Source: an uncultured Atopobium sp.
GTDB lineage: Bacteria; Actinomycetota; Coriobacteriia; Coriobacteriales; Atopobiaceae
Length of the DNA: 64,000 nucleotides
NCBI GenBank assembly: GCA_902485095.1
Contig: CABTJC010000011.1
Location: forward strand, 197,564 to 261,563
Direction of reading: 5' to 3'
Shown: piece by piece, positions 27,486 through 36,335 of the stretch
How the letters are laid out: every line of letters begins with the position of its first letter
Numbering within the stretch: position 1 is the first letter of the stretch
Translations under genes and position numbers: made by a program
The notes under the pieces: model-generated
The model's database searches: none
What the model was told of the DNA's origin: nothing
What the model saw: the letters and a program-made list of their open reading frames with translations, nothing else

Positions 27486-30380
27486 ATGGCTTCAAGCAAA
27501 ATTGCTATCCGTGGTGCACGAGAGCACAACCTGCAAGACATTGATATTGATATCCCTCGTGATCAGCTGGTAGTTATTACGGGACTTTCTGGTTCGGGCA
27601 AGTCAAGTCTTGCCTTTGACACCATTTACGCAGAAGGACAGCGCCGCTACGTTGAGTCCTTGTCCAGCTATGCCCGTCAGTTCTTGGGACAGATGGATAA
27701 GCCAGACCTTGACTCTATCGATGGCCTTTCTCCTGCGGTGTCCATCGATCAGAAGACCACTTCCAGAAATCCTCGCTCTACCGTGGGTACCGTTACAGAA
27801 ATCTACGATTACCTGCGTCTTTTGTATGCTCGCATGGGTACTCCTCACTGCCCTGAGTGCGGTCGCGTTATTGAGCGCCAGACAACAGATCAGGTTGCCG
27901 ATAAAATCCTCGAGGCTGGTCAGGGACGTAGAGCTTATGTCCTGTCTCCTGTTGTTTTGGGTCGCAAGGGCGAGTACGTCAAGCTCTTTGAAGATCTGCG
28001 AAAAGAAGGTTTTTCTCGCGTTCGTGTTGACGGTGTTGTGCGTGAACTTGATGAAGAAATTACGCTGGGAAAGACCCTCAAGCACGATATTGAGGTGGTT
28101 GTAGACCGTATTGTCATTCGTCCTGATTCTTTGGGCCGCATTGTTGAAGGCGTTGAGCAGGCAACTAAGCTTGCCCAGGGCAAGGTAGGCATATTGCTCC
28201 TGGCCGATAAATCCAATCCAGAGACTATGCCAGAAGAACTCCTGCAGTATTCGCTGGCGCTTGCTTGTCCTATTCACGGTCACTCTATGGATGACCTGCA
28301 GCCTCGTGATTTCTCGTTCAATGCCCCTTACGGCGCCTGTCCTGACTGTGATGGCCTAGGAACTCGTAAAATCATTGATGCTGCGGCACTGATTGCTGAT
28401 CCAAAACTGTCCGTATCAGAGGGCGTTTTTGGAAGCCTCTTTGGCCACTCTAATTACTATCCGCAGATTCTGTCTGCAGTCTGCAAACATTTTGACGTGT
28501 CTGATACAACACCTTGGAACAAGCTGCCTAAGAAGGTGCAAGATGCCCTTCTCGGTGGCCTTGGTTCAACTAAGATTCGCGTTGACTACAAAACGCGAGA
28601 CGGCCGCAATACACACTGGTTTACCACGTTCTCTGGTGTCAGAAAGATTCTTTTTGACAAGTATCAAGAGACCACGTCAGAGAATATGAAGACGCATCTT
28701 GAGAAGTACATTCGTGAGATGCCCTGTACAACTTGTCACGGAGCTCGCTTAAAGCCAGAAATTCTCTCCGTTACGGTTGGCGAGAAAAACATCTGGGAGA
28801 TCTGTGAACTTTCCTGTAAAGAGTCGCTCCAGTTCTTCAAGCAGCTGACTATTACTGACCGTCAGAAGGTTATTGCAGGTCCTATTGTCAAAGAGATTGT
28901 GGCAAGGCTACAGTTCTTGGTTAACGTTGGCTTGGATTACCTCACGCTTTCTCGCGCAGCAGCATCGCTTTCTGGTGGAGAGGCCCAGCGTATTCGCTTG
29001 GCAACTCAGATTGGCGCTGGTCTCATGGGCGTCCTTTACATTTTGGACGAGCCTTCCATTGGTCTGCATCAAAGAGACAACAACCGCCTCATTGAGACCC
29101 TCAAGCAGCTCAGAGATCGCGGTAATACCGTACTTGTGGTCGAGCACGATGAAGATACCATTCGTGCAGCTGACTACGTTATTGACATGGGTCCCGGCGC
29201 CGGTGAGCTTGGTGGTCACGTTGTTGCTGCGGGAACTCCAGAAGAGATCATTAAGAACCCTGATTCCATCACAGGCGCGTACCTTACAGGAAAGAAGCAG
29301 ATTAGACTTCCAGAGACTCGCCGTAAGCCCGGTCGTGGAAAGATCAAGATTACAGGAGCTAGCGCTAACAACCTTAAAAACGTTTCTGCCGCTATTGAGC
29401 TGGGCACGTTGACGGTAGTCACAGGCGTTTCTGGTTCTGGTAAGTCTTCTTTGGTTACCGATACCCTTGCACCCGCGCTTACCAATGCAGTTCAGCACTC
29501 AAAACGTGTGGTAGGAGAGTATAAAAAGCTTGAAGGCGTCGATCTTATCGATAAGGTCATTGATATTGACCAGAGTCCTATTGGAAGAACACCTCGTTCT
29601 AATCCAGCAACCTATATTGGCCTTTGGGATGACCTGCGCGCGCTGTACGCTTCAGTCCCAGAGTCTCGTGCTCGTGGTTACTCAGCTGGTCGTTTCTCGT
29701 TTAACGTCCAGGGAGGCCGCTGCGAGGCTTGTAAGGGCGACGGCCAGATAAAGATTGAGATGAACTTCTTGCCTGACGTCTACGTTCCTTGCGAGGTCTG
29801 CCACGGTAAGCGTTACAACCGCGAGACGCTCGAGATTCTCTATCACGGCAAGTCTGTCTCTGACGTCCTTGACATGACTGTTCATGAGGCACTAGCGTTT
29901 TTTGCAAATATTCCTCGCATTAAGAACAAGTTGCAGACTCTCCACGATGTTGGTCTTGGCTACATTCACCTTGGCCAGCCTGCAACTACGCTTTCTGGTG
30001 GCGAGGCGCAGCGTGTTAAGCTTGCAAAAGAGCTTCACCGTCAGCAGACTGGTAAAACTCTTTATATTCTGGACGAGCCAACAACTGGCCTTCATTTTGA
30101 GGATGTCAGACAGCTTATTGTTGTTCTTGAGCGTCTTGTTGATGCGGGTAACACCGTTCTTGTTATTGAGCACAACTTGGATGTCATCAAGATGGCTGAT
30201 CGCATTATTGACATGGGTCCAGAAGGTGGCGATGGCGGTGGAACCGTAGTTGTTTCTGGTACGCCAGAAAAGGTTGCGACAACACCAGAAAGCCACACAG
30301 GTAAGTTCCTCAAAGAGATTCTTGACCGCGATAACGCACGTCTAGCTGCAGAGAAAAAAGCTCAGAAGAAGCGCGCATAA
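27486..30380 (+). CDS. uvrA: Excinuclease ABC subunit A
   Basis: 964 aa; two ABC ATPase modules (GLSGSGKSSLAFDT, GVSGSGKSSLV; signatures LSGGEAQR x2) and zinc-finger Cys pairs (CPECGR, CEACKGDG). Confidence 0.95.
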   Translation: MASSKIAIRGAREHNLQDIDIDIPRDQLVVITGLSGSGKSSLAFDTIYAEGQRRYVESLSSYARQFLGQMDKPDLDSIDGLSPAVSIDQKTTSRNPRSTVGTVTEIYDYLRLLYARMGTPHCPECGRVIERQTTDQVADKILEAGQGRRAYVLSPVVLGRKGEYVKLFEDLRKEGFSRVRVDGVVRELDEEITLGKTLKHDIEVVVDRIVIRPDSLGRIVEGVEQATKLAQGKVGILLLADKSNPETMPEELLQYSLALACPIHGHSMDDLQPRDFSFNAPYGACPDCDGLGTRKIIDAAALIADPKLSVSEGVFGSLFGHSNYYPQILSAVCKHFDVSDTTPWNKLPKKVQDALLGGLGSTKIRVDYKTRDGRNTHWFTTFSGVRKILFDKYQETTSENMKTHLEKYIREMPCTTCHGARLKPEILSVTVGEKNIWEICELSCKESLQFFKQLTITDRQKVIAGPIVKEIVARLQFLVNVGLDYLTLSRAAASLSGGEAQRIRLATQIGAGLMGVLYILDEPSIGLHQRDNNRLIETLKQLRDRGNTVLVVEHDEDTIRAADYVIDMGPGAGELGGHVVAAGTPEEIIKNPDSITGAYLTGKKQIRLPETRRKPGRGKIKITGASANNLKNVSAAIELGTLTVVTGVSGSGKSSLVTDTLAPALTNAVQHSKRVVGEYKKLEGVDLIDKVIDIDQSPIGRTPRSNPATYIGLWDDLRALYASVPESRARGYSAGRFSFNVQGGRCEACKGDGQIKIEMNFLPDVYVPCEVCHGKRYNRETLEILYHGKSVSDVLDMTVHEALAFFANIPRIKNKLQTLHDVGLGYIHLGQPATTLSGGEAQRVKLAKELHRQQTGKTLYILDEPTTGLHFEDVRQLIVVLERLVDAGNTVLVIEHNLDVIKMADRIIDMGPEGGDGGGTVVVSGTPEKVATTPESHTGKFLKEILDRDNARLAAEKKAQKKRA

Positions 30381-30381
30381 T

Positions 30382-30891
30382 ATGGCGAGAAAAACGGTCA
30401 AGGTCCAAAAGACAAATGCAATGAGGGAGCTTGATGCTGCCGGCATTGCTTACGAGTTCCAATCTTATGAGGTAGACGAAGACGTTCCTTCTGGAGAGTT
30501 GGGTACTCATATTGCAGAGATGCTTGGAGAAGATCCAGACGCTGCATTCAAAACGCTTGTCTGCGTGTCTTCAAGTGGAGAGCATGTGGTGTGCTGCATT
30601 CCAGTAGATCAAGAGCTTGATCTTAAAAAAGCAGCAGCTGCATCCGGTCAAAAGAACCTCTCCATGCTGCCCGTTAAAGAGCTTGAGGGTTTAACGGGCT
30701 ATGTGCGTGGTGGTTGTACTCCCGTTGGTATGAAGAAGCAGTTTCCCACTATAATTGACGAGACTGCTCAGCTTTTTGAGCTTATTCATATCTCTGGCGG
30801 AAAACGCGGACTCAGTTTGACGCTTTCTCCAGAAGATTTGTCTTCATTTGTATCGGCTACGTTTGCAGATATTGTTCGCGAGGTGCACTAG
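30382..30891 (+). CDS. ybaK: Cys-tRNA(Pro)/Cys-tRNA(Cys) deacylase YbaK/EbsC family
   Basis: 169 aa YbaK-like; starts 2 nt after the uvrA stop. Confidence 0.78.
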   Translation: MARKTVKVQKTNAMRELDAAGIAYEFQSYEVDEDVPSGELGTHIAEMLGEDPDAAFKTLVCVSSSGEHVVCCIPVDQELDLKKAAAASGQKNLSMLPVKELEGLTGYVRGGCTPVGMKKQFPTIIDETAQLFELIHISGGKRGLSLTLSPEDLSSFVSATFADIVREVH

Positions 30892-32771
30892 TGGCATATC
30901 AGCCCAAACATATGCGACTTTCAGCAGAGTCTTCTGATGGAACCTTATCTGAAGAAACTCTGAGCAAGGCTCTTGATCAGACCTTTGATAAGCCTCCTGT
31001 AGTGGATAACATTGTTGTTCCAGAGACGTTTCATCAACCAATTGAGGATGAGGCGTTTGAGCAGATTGTGAGTCAGAAACTCGAAGAGGCCGCTGCTGAA
31101 GAGGATAACTCTGAGACAGATAACAGCTCTGTGTCAGACGGCAACTTCGACGCAGGTAATCCTTATAGTGAAGAAGCTTCTGAGGAAGAGGACGTTTCTA
31201 AGCAGAAAGACTTGAGCCGTTCTACCTCTATGATGAGCGTGCTTGTTCTGATTAGTCGTATCACGGGCTTCTTAAGAACCTGGGCTCAGGCATTTGCTAT
31301 GGGTGCAACTGTTCTTGCAAGCTGCTATTCCATTGCAAACACCCTTCCTGACCAGCTCTATGAGCTTGTTGGTGCAGGAATGCTCACTACAGCTTTCTTG
31401 CCGGTATATCTCTCTATTAAGAAGAAGGTTGGACAGGATGAGGCAAATGCCTATACCTCCAACCTGCTTTCCATTGTTGTTGTCGCAACAGGTCTTGTTG
31501 CCGTTTTAGGTTTCTTCTTTGCCGCAGAAGTGGTGTATACACAGTCCTTCTCGGCAGGTGCTGATTTTGATCCAACGCTGGCAGTGTACTTCTTTAGGTT
31601 CTTTGTTATTGAGGTTATGCTGTATTGTTTCTCCACCATTTTCTCTGGTGTTTTGAATGCAGAAAGAGACTACCTCTGGCCAGCCGCAGCCCCTATCTTT
31701 AATAACTTTGTGACTACGGCATCGTTCTTTGCGTATGCTTTCTTGGTTAACACAAACCCTGAGCTGGGCCTTCTTATTCTTGCACTGGGGAATCCCCTGG
31801 GCGTTTTGATTCAGGTTCTGATTCAGGTACCGTCACTTAAGCGCAAGGGGATTAAGCTCTCGTGGAGAATTAACCTCAAAGACCCCGCACTTAAAGAGAC
31901 GCTCAAGATTGGCGCGCCTGCTCTGATTGTTGTGGTTGCCACGTTTGTAACTATGTCGGTGCAGACAAGCTCGCAGCTCAGTGTTTCTGCATCGGGCGCT
32001 TCCGTTGCGGCGTACGCTCGTCTTTGGTACACGCTGCCATATTCCATTTTGACGGTGCCTATTACCACAGCCCTCTTTACCGAGCTGTCCGATAGCTGGG
32101 CAAAAGAGAATATGGACCAGTTCAAGAAGGACTTCAAGCACGGTATCAACCAGATTCTTTTCTTTACCGTGCCGTTCATGATGTACTTGATGATCTTCTC
32201 GATGCCTCTTGTTTCTATTATTGGAGCAAGCAAGTTCACTGAAGACCAACTGCTGTTAACCCAGCAATTCTTGATTGGCCAGTCGCTTGCTTTGCCTTTG
32301 TATGGCATTGGCATGTACCTGCAAAAAGTCTGCTCTGCTATGCGTCGTATGACGCTCTACGCTGTTTCTGCAACGCTTGGCTCTGTCGTGCAGGTTTTAG
32401 TGCTGCTGGTGGGTACTTCTCACTTTGGCATGATGTTTGTAGCAGCTACTTCAGCCATCTTCTATGTGGTTATCGATACCATTATGTTGATCAGCCTGCG
32501 TAAGCACCTTGGTCAGATTGGACTTAAGTCCATGGTGTTTGCATTTGTTCGTTCAATTCTTTTTGGCCTGGCAGGATCGGCTGCAGCACTTCTTATCATG
32601 GTGGGCCTGCGCGCCGTTATTGGCGTACCAGACGGCCGAGCGCTCTATGGCGTGCTGTACTGCATCTTTGCAGGTATTCCAGCTGTTTTGGTTACCTATG
32701 GCTTGGCAATCCTCTTTAAATCACCAGAGTCCGCCATGCTTCGTTCACTGGTTTCTCGCGTGAGGTCATAG
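30891..32771 (+). CDS. murJ: Lipid II flippase MurJ (MviN) with ~110-aa acidic N-terminal cytoplasmic extension
   Basis: GTG start overlaps the ybaK stop by 1 nt. The polytopic MurJ/MviN core begins around SRITGFLRTWAQAFAMGATVLASCYSIANTLPDQLYELVGAGMLTTAFLPVY; 626 aa. Confidence 0.8.
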   Translation: MAYQPKHMRLSAESSDGTLSEETLSKALDQTFDKPPVVDNIVVPETFHQPIEDEAFEQIVSQKLEEAAAEEDNSETDNSSVSDGNFDAGNPYSEEASEEEDVSKQKDLSRSTSMMSVLVLISRITGFLRTWAQAFAMGATVLASCYSIANTLPDQLYELVGAGMLTTAFLPVYLSIKKKVGQDEANAYTSNLLSIVVVATGLVAVLGFFFAAEVVYTQSFSAGADFDPTLAVYFFRFFVIEVMLYCFSTIFSGVLNAERDYLWPAAAPIFNNFVTTASFFAYAFLVNTNPELGLLILALGNPLGVLIQVLIQVPSLKRKGIKLSWRINLKDPALKETLKIGAPALIVVVATFVTMSVQTSSQLSVSASGASVAAYARLWYTLPYSILTVPITTALFTELSDSWAKENMDQFKKDFKHGINQILFFTVPFMMYLMIFSMPLVSIIGASKFTEDQLLLTQQFLIGQSLALPLYGIGMYLQKVCSAMRRMTLYAVSATLGSVVQVLVLLVGTSHFGMMFVAATSAIFYVVIDTIMLISLRKHLGQIGLKSMVFAFVRSILFGLAGSAAALLIMVGLRAVIGVPDGRALYGVLYCIFAGIPAVLVTYGLAILFKSPESAMLRSLVSRVRS

Positions 32772-32772
32772 C

Positions 32773-34830
32773 ATGGCCAGAAGCGGCGCAAAAAACGGCA
32801 AAGATAGCTCTCAGAACAACCTTGATCCCAACTACGTGCCTTCGGGGGCGCCGGGACTTGCGCCGTCATTTTCTTCCGAGCCTTCAGATGATCTGGTATC
32901 CATCAGAGAGCAGGTTGATCAGGTGCCAACTGATCCAGGCTGTTACCTCTGGAAAGATGGGTCTGGCAAGGTTATCTATGTAGGAAAAGCTAAGAACCTG
33001 CGTGCTCGCATGAGGCAGTACGTCACACTTCAAGATGATCGAGCCAAGATTCCACTGATGATGCAGGTCGTGCGTAGTTTTGACTACATTGTGGTAGAAA
33101 ACGAGCACGAAGCACTGGTGCTGGAGCGCAACCTCATTGCTCAGTATCGTCCTTACTTCAACGTGGACTTTAAAGACGATAAGAGCTATCCCTACATTGC
33201 CATTACCGAGTCAGATACCTTCCCAGCAATTAAATACACGCGCGAGAAACACAAGAAGGGTACGCGCTATTTTGGTCCCTACACTGATTCTTACGCCGCT
33301 CGCCAGACCATTGAGACGCTCAGAAAAGTAGTGCCTATCTGCTCCGCTACGTGCGTGGAGTGGAAGCGTGCTAAGCGTTTGCTCGAAAAAGACCCTGATG
33401 GGGCGGCTGTTGCTAACTTGCTGCTGGCAAAGAAGGGACGTCCCTGCTTTGATTACCACGTAGGCAAGGGACCTGGCGTGTGCGTTGGCGCCATTGATAC
33501 CGTTTCCTACGCAAAGAACGTCAGGCAGGTAGAAAACTTTCTCCGCGGAAATCGTTCCGAGATTGTCTCTGAGCTCAAAGATCAGATGCAAGAAGCCGCC
33601 GCTGACCTGGATTTTGAGAAGGCAGCTAGGCTTAAGTCCCGCCTGACTTCACTTTCTGATCTTGACGACCGCCAGCAAGTCACATTTCCTACCTCGGTCA
33701 ACATTGACCTCATTGGCATTTATCGAGAAGAAACTATCTCCGCTGCCTGCGTTTTTGTTGTGCGAGAAGGTCGTACCATCCGCTCAGTTGAGTTTATCCT
33801 GGACAAAGGCTTGGACGTTTCCGAGGAAGAGCTGGTTTCGGGCTTCCTAAAGCGCTACTACGATGAAACCGCTGACATTCCCGCAGAGGTTAACCTGCCC
33901 ATCGATCTTCTCGACGCAGAGGTTTTGTCCGAGTGGCTGACACAAAAACGAGGCCACAACTGTGTGCTTCACCACCCACAACGTGGCGAGAAGTTCCGTC
34001 TTCTTCAGATGGCTTCCGCTAACGCTCGTCATGCGCTGATGCGCCATATGATTCGCACGGGTTATGCTGACGACCGTACTAACCAGGCACTTCTTCAGCT
34101 TGAAAGCGCACTTGCGCTTGACGCGCCGCCACTGCGCATTGAGTGTTTTGATATCTCTACGCTTCATGGAAACTTTACTGTTGCGTCTATGGTGGTCTTT
34201 ACTAACGGAAAGGCTGATAAGAGTCAGTATCGACGCTTTAAGATCCGTGCTGAGCTTGATGAAGCAAACGACTTTGTTTCAATGACAGAGGTTCTAGGCA
34301 GAAGGTATAGTCCGGAGCGCATGGCGGATGAGCGCTTTGGCTCACGACCTGATTTGCTGGTAGTTGATGGTGGTAAGCCTCAGCTGACCGCCGCAATCAA
34401 TCAGCTTAATGAGCTGGGGCTGGATATTCCTGTCTGCGGCCTTGCTAAGTCTGATGAGGAAGTCTTTGTGCCTTGGGACGACACACCAATTGTGTTGCCT
34501 ACAGGTTCAGCATCTTTATACCTTATCAAGCAAGTCCGTGACGAATCTCACCGTTTTGCGATTACCTTCCATCGTGAGCTTAGAGATAAGGCAATGACTG
34601 TCTCTATTCTGGACGAAATCCCTGGTGTAGGACCTAAACGCAAAAAAGATATCATGCGCCATTTTGGCTCTTTTAAGCGCTTAAAGGCTGCAAGTGTTGA
34701 GGATATTTCTCAGGTAAAAGGTGTTTCTGTGAACTTGGCAGAAACTATTTATGAAGAGCTCAAAGCTTGGGAAGAATCCTCTACGACTGTACATGAGAAG
34801 TTAGATGCAAGGGGAGGAACTCATGAGTAA
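32773..34830 (+). CDS. uvrC: Excinuclease ABC subunit C
   Basis: GIY-YIG motif (GCYLWKDGSGKVIYVGKAKNLRARMRQY), UvrBC-interaction and RNaseH-like/HhH C-terminal regions; ~50-aa low-complexity N-terminal extension; starts 2 nt after the murJ stop. Confidence 0.92.
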   Translation: MARSGAKNGKDSSQNNLDPNYVPSGAPGLAPSFSSEPSDDLVSIREQVDQVPTDPGCYLWKDGSGKVIYVGKAKNLRARMRQYVTLQDDRAKIPLMMQVVRSFDYIVVENEHEALVLERNLIAQYRPYFNVDFKDDKSYPYIAITESDTFPAIKYTREKHKKGTRYFGPYTDSYAARQTIETLRKVVPICSATCVEWKRAKRLLEKDPDGAAVANLLLAKKGRPCFDYHVGKGPGVCVGAIDTVSYAKNVRQVENFLRGNRSEIVSELKDQMQEAAADLDFEKAARLKSRLTSLSDLDDRQQVTFPTSVNIDLIGIYREETISAACVFVVREGRTIRSVEFILDKGLDVSEEELVSGFLKRYYDETADIPAEVNLPIDLLDAEVLSEWLTQKRGHNCVLHHPQRGEKFRLLQMASANARHALMRHMIRTGYADDRTNQALLQLESALALDAPPLRIECFDISTLHGNFTVASMVVFTNGKADKSQYRRFKIRAELDEANDFVSMTEVLGRRYSPERMADERFGSRPDLLVVDGGKPQLTAAINQLNELGLDIPVCGLAKSDEEVFVPWDDTPIVLPTGSASLYLIKQVRDESHRFAITFHRELRDKAMTVSILDEIPGVGPKRKKDIMRHFGSFKRLKAASVEDISQVKGVSVNLAETIYEELKAWEESSTTVHEKLDARGGTHE

Positions 34831-35056
34831 AACAGCAGACGAGAAGATCTTGGCACTCGTGAATCCAGAATACATGAAGCGTATTCCATTCTTTGTTCGT
34901 GGTCACGCAACAGGTAAGTCTTGTGAGTATATTGCTCGGGAGTATCCAGAGCTTTACGCTGCATTTGAGGATGAACCTAGTGCTCAACAAGTTGAAGAGA
35001 TGTCAAAGATTATCAACGAGCTCTTTGAGCAAAGGATGAAGAAGCACAATCTCTAA
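34823..35056 (+). CDS. Small hypothetical protein (77 aa), translationally coupled to uvrC
   Basis: ATG at 34823 preceded by AAGGGGAGGAA inside the uvrC 3' end (8-nt overlap); charged helical protein (MSKTADEKILALVNPEYMKRIPFFVRGHATGKSCEY...); no recognisable family. Confidence 0.5.
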   Translation: MSKTADEKILALVNPEYMKRIPFFVRGHATGKSCEYIAREYPELYAAFEDEPSAQQVEEMSKIINELFEQRMKKHNL

Positions 35057-35087
35057 AACCAAATCAAACAATAGAGTTATTTGTAAT

Positions 35088-35132
35088 AAGAATGGCAGCT
35101 ATGAAGTGTTGTTATGCCATTCTTATTTTTTT
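35088..35132 (+). terminator. rho-independent terminator ending the uvr operon
   Basis: AAGAATGGCA (35088-35097) pairs with TGCCATTCTT (35115-35124), followed by ATTTTTTTC. Confidence 0.75.
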
Positions 35133-35262
35133 CATTCATCGCTGAAATATAGCCATTGGCCGACAGATGAACTGCTAAAGCATACTCGTACGGAATATCA
35201 TTAGAGCAACCTAGTCATTACTCGTATGTCAATTGCGACAAGCAGTTCTAGTGAGGTGACAG

Positions 35263-35913
35263 ATGATGCAGCGTAGAAAAAGGTTTATAAAAGGTCTGTC
35301 ATTATTGGTAGTTCTTGTTATTTGTGGCTTACTGATTAACAACTGGTTTTTTAAGCTGAATACTATGAGACTGCCAGAGTTAAAAAAGCAGGCAGCTCAG
35401 TATGTTGTGCAACAATATGAGAATAAGAAAAATGGTCTTAAGTCTGATTTTGGGTCCGCAGAAAATATTGATTTAGAGACCGCTACTATCTCTGGGCCAT
35501 TTTTAGGAGTCAGTCAAGCTAACCTACTTATGTTGAATGTAGATTTATATTGGGTAATAAGCTCTCAAGAAACGGTTGTTGGTACTGTTGAGCAAGATTT
35601 GGGGCTATTCGCCATTGGGTCTTATTTTGGAACTCCAAAAATGTGGATTCAAACAAGGAACGCTGGGCTGTTACAAGAAATGCATAATAGAAATTATAGA
35701 TGTCTAGTTAGAAGTTTTTGTGGCTTAGGGTTAAGTGGATGGCCGCCACCGTATCTAGCTGATGGCTATTTAGGACGTTATAGCCCAGCAGATGGAAATT
35801 TTGACATTGAAAAAAATGACGAACAAGTATCAGAGATAATCGAATCTCATTTAGGGGAAGAACATCTAGATTTTATGGCGAACCCTGAGCGCGTTGTAGA
35901 TTTAGCTAAGTAA
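35263..35913 (+). CDS. Hypothetical membrane-anchored protein (216 aa) in an AT-rich segment
   Basis: N-terminal RRKRF followed by a TM helix (GLSLLVVLVICGLLINNWFF), then a ~180-aa extracytoplasmic domain; ~38% GC versus ~48-50% in flanks; no recognisable family. Confidence 0.6.
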   Translation: MMQRRKRFIKGLSLLVVLVICGLLINNWFFKLNTMRLPELKKQAAQYVVQQYENKKNGLKSDFGSAENIDLETATISGPFLGVSQANLLMLNVDLYWVISSQETVVGTVEQDLGLFAIGSYFGTPKMWIQTRNAGLLQEMHNRNYRCLVRSFCGLGLSGWPPPYLADGYLGRYSPADGNFDIEKNDEQVSEIIESHLGEEHLDFMANPERVVDLAK

Positions 35914-35950
35914 TTTTGAGGTGTTTTTGCTGTTCTAAGACAAGAGTCAG

Positions 35951-35981
35951 TTCATTTTGGACTGACTCTTGTTTAATCTTC
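35951..35981 (+). terminator. rho-independent terminator after the AT-rich gene
   Basis: CAAGAGTCAGT pairs with ACTGACTCTTG across loop TCATTTTGG, followed by TTTAATCTT. Confidence 0.62.
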
Positions 35982-36275
35982 ACAACATATCCGTAATTTC
36001 TAAAGGTAAACGGTAGCAAATCATCGGTAAACGGTAGTTGACAATGATTACTACTTATGTAGTTAGTTAAATATTTTATATATTTGATAAGGTAAAATAA
36101 TAATAAAGCCCGCTATCTGCGGGCCTTCTTAGCTGCTATTAAGATTTATATGTAGTAAATAATACAACAAAACACGTTTTCATATTTTGAGCAGCCAATG
36201 GGCGATATTTTTGTACCGTTGGGCGAACTGTGTTCAGAAGAAATATCTTTTCTTCATATAGTTATGTAGATGTAA

Positions 36276-36310
36276 GCCACACAAGTGGCATTGGTGCCAC
36301 GTTGTGGCAA
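36276..36310 (+). promoter_or_regulatory. Interlocking GCCAC/GTGGC palindrome array in the 5' leader of the sialic-acid-type ABC operon
   Basis: GCCAC-ACAA-GTGGCA-TTGG-TGCCAC-GTT-GTGGCA forms three overlapping perfect palindromes immediately upstream of RBS GGAGAG (36311-36316) and the ATG at 36336. Confidence 0.4.
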
Positions 36311-36335
36311 GGAGAGTTTTTAGAAAGAGGCAGAA

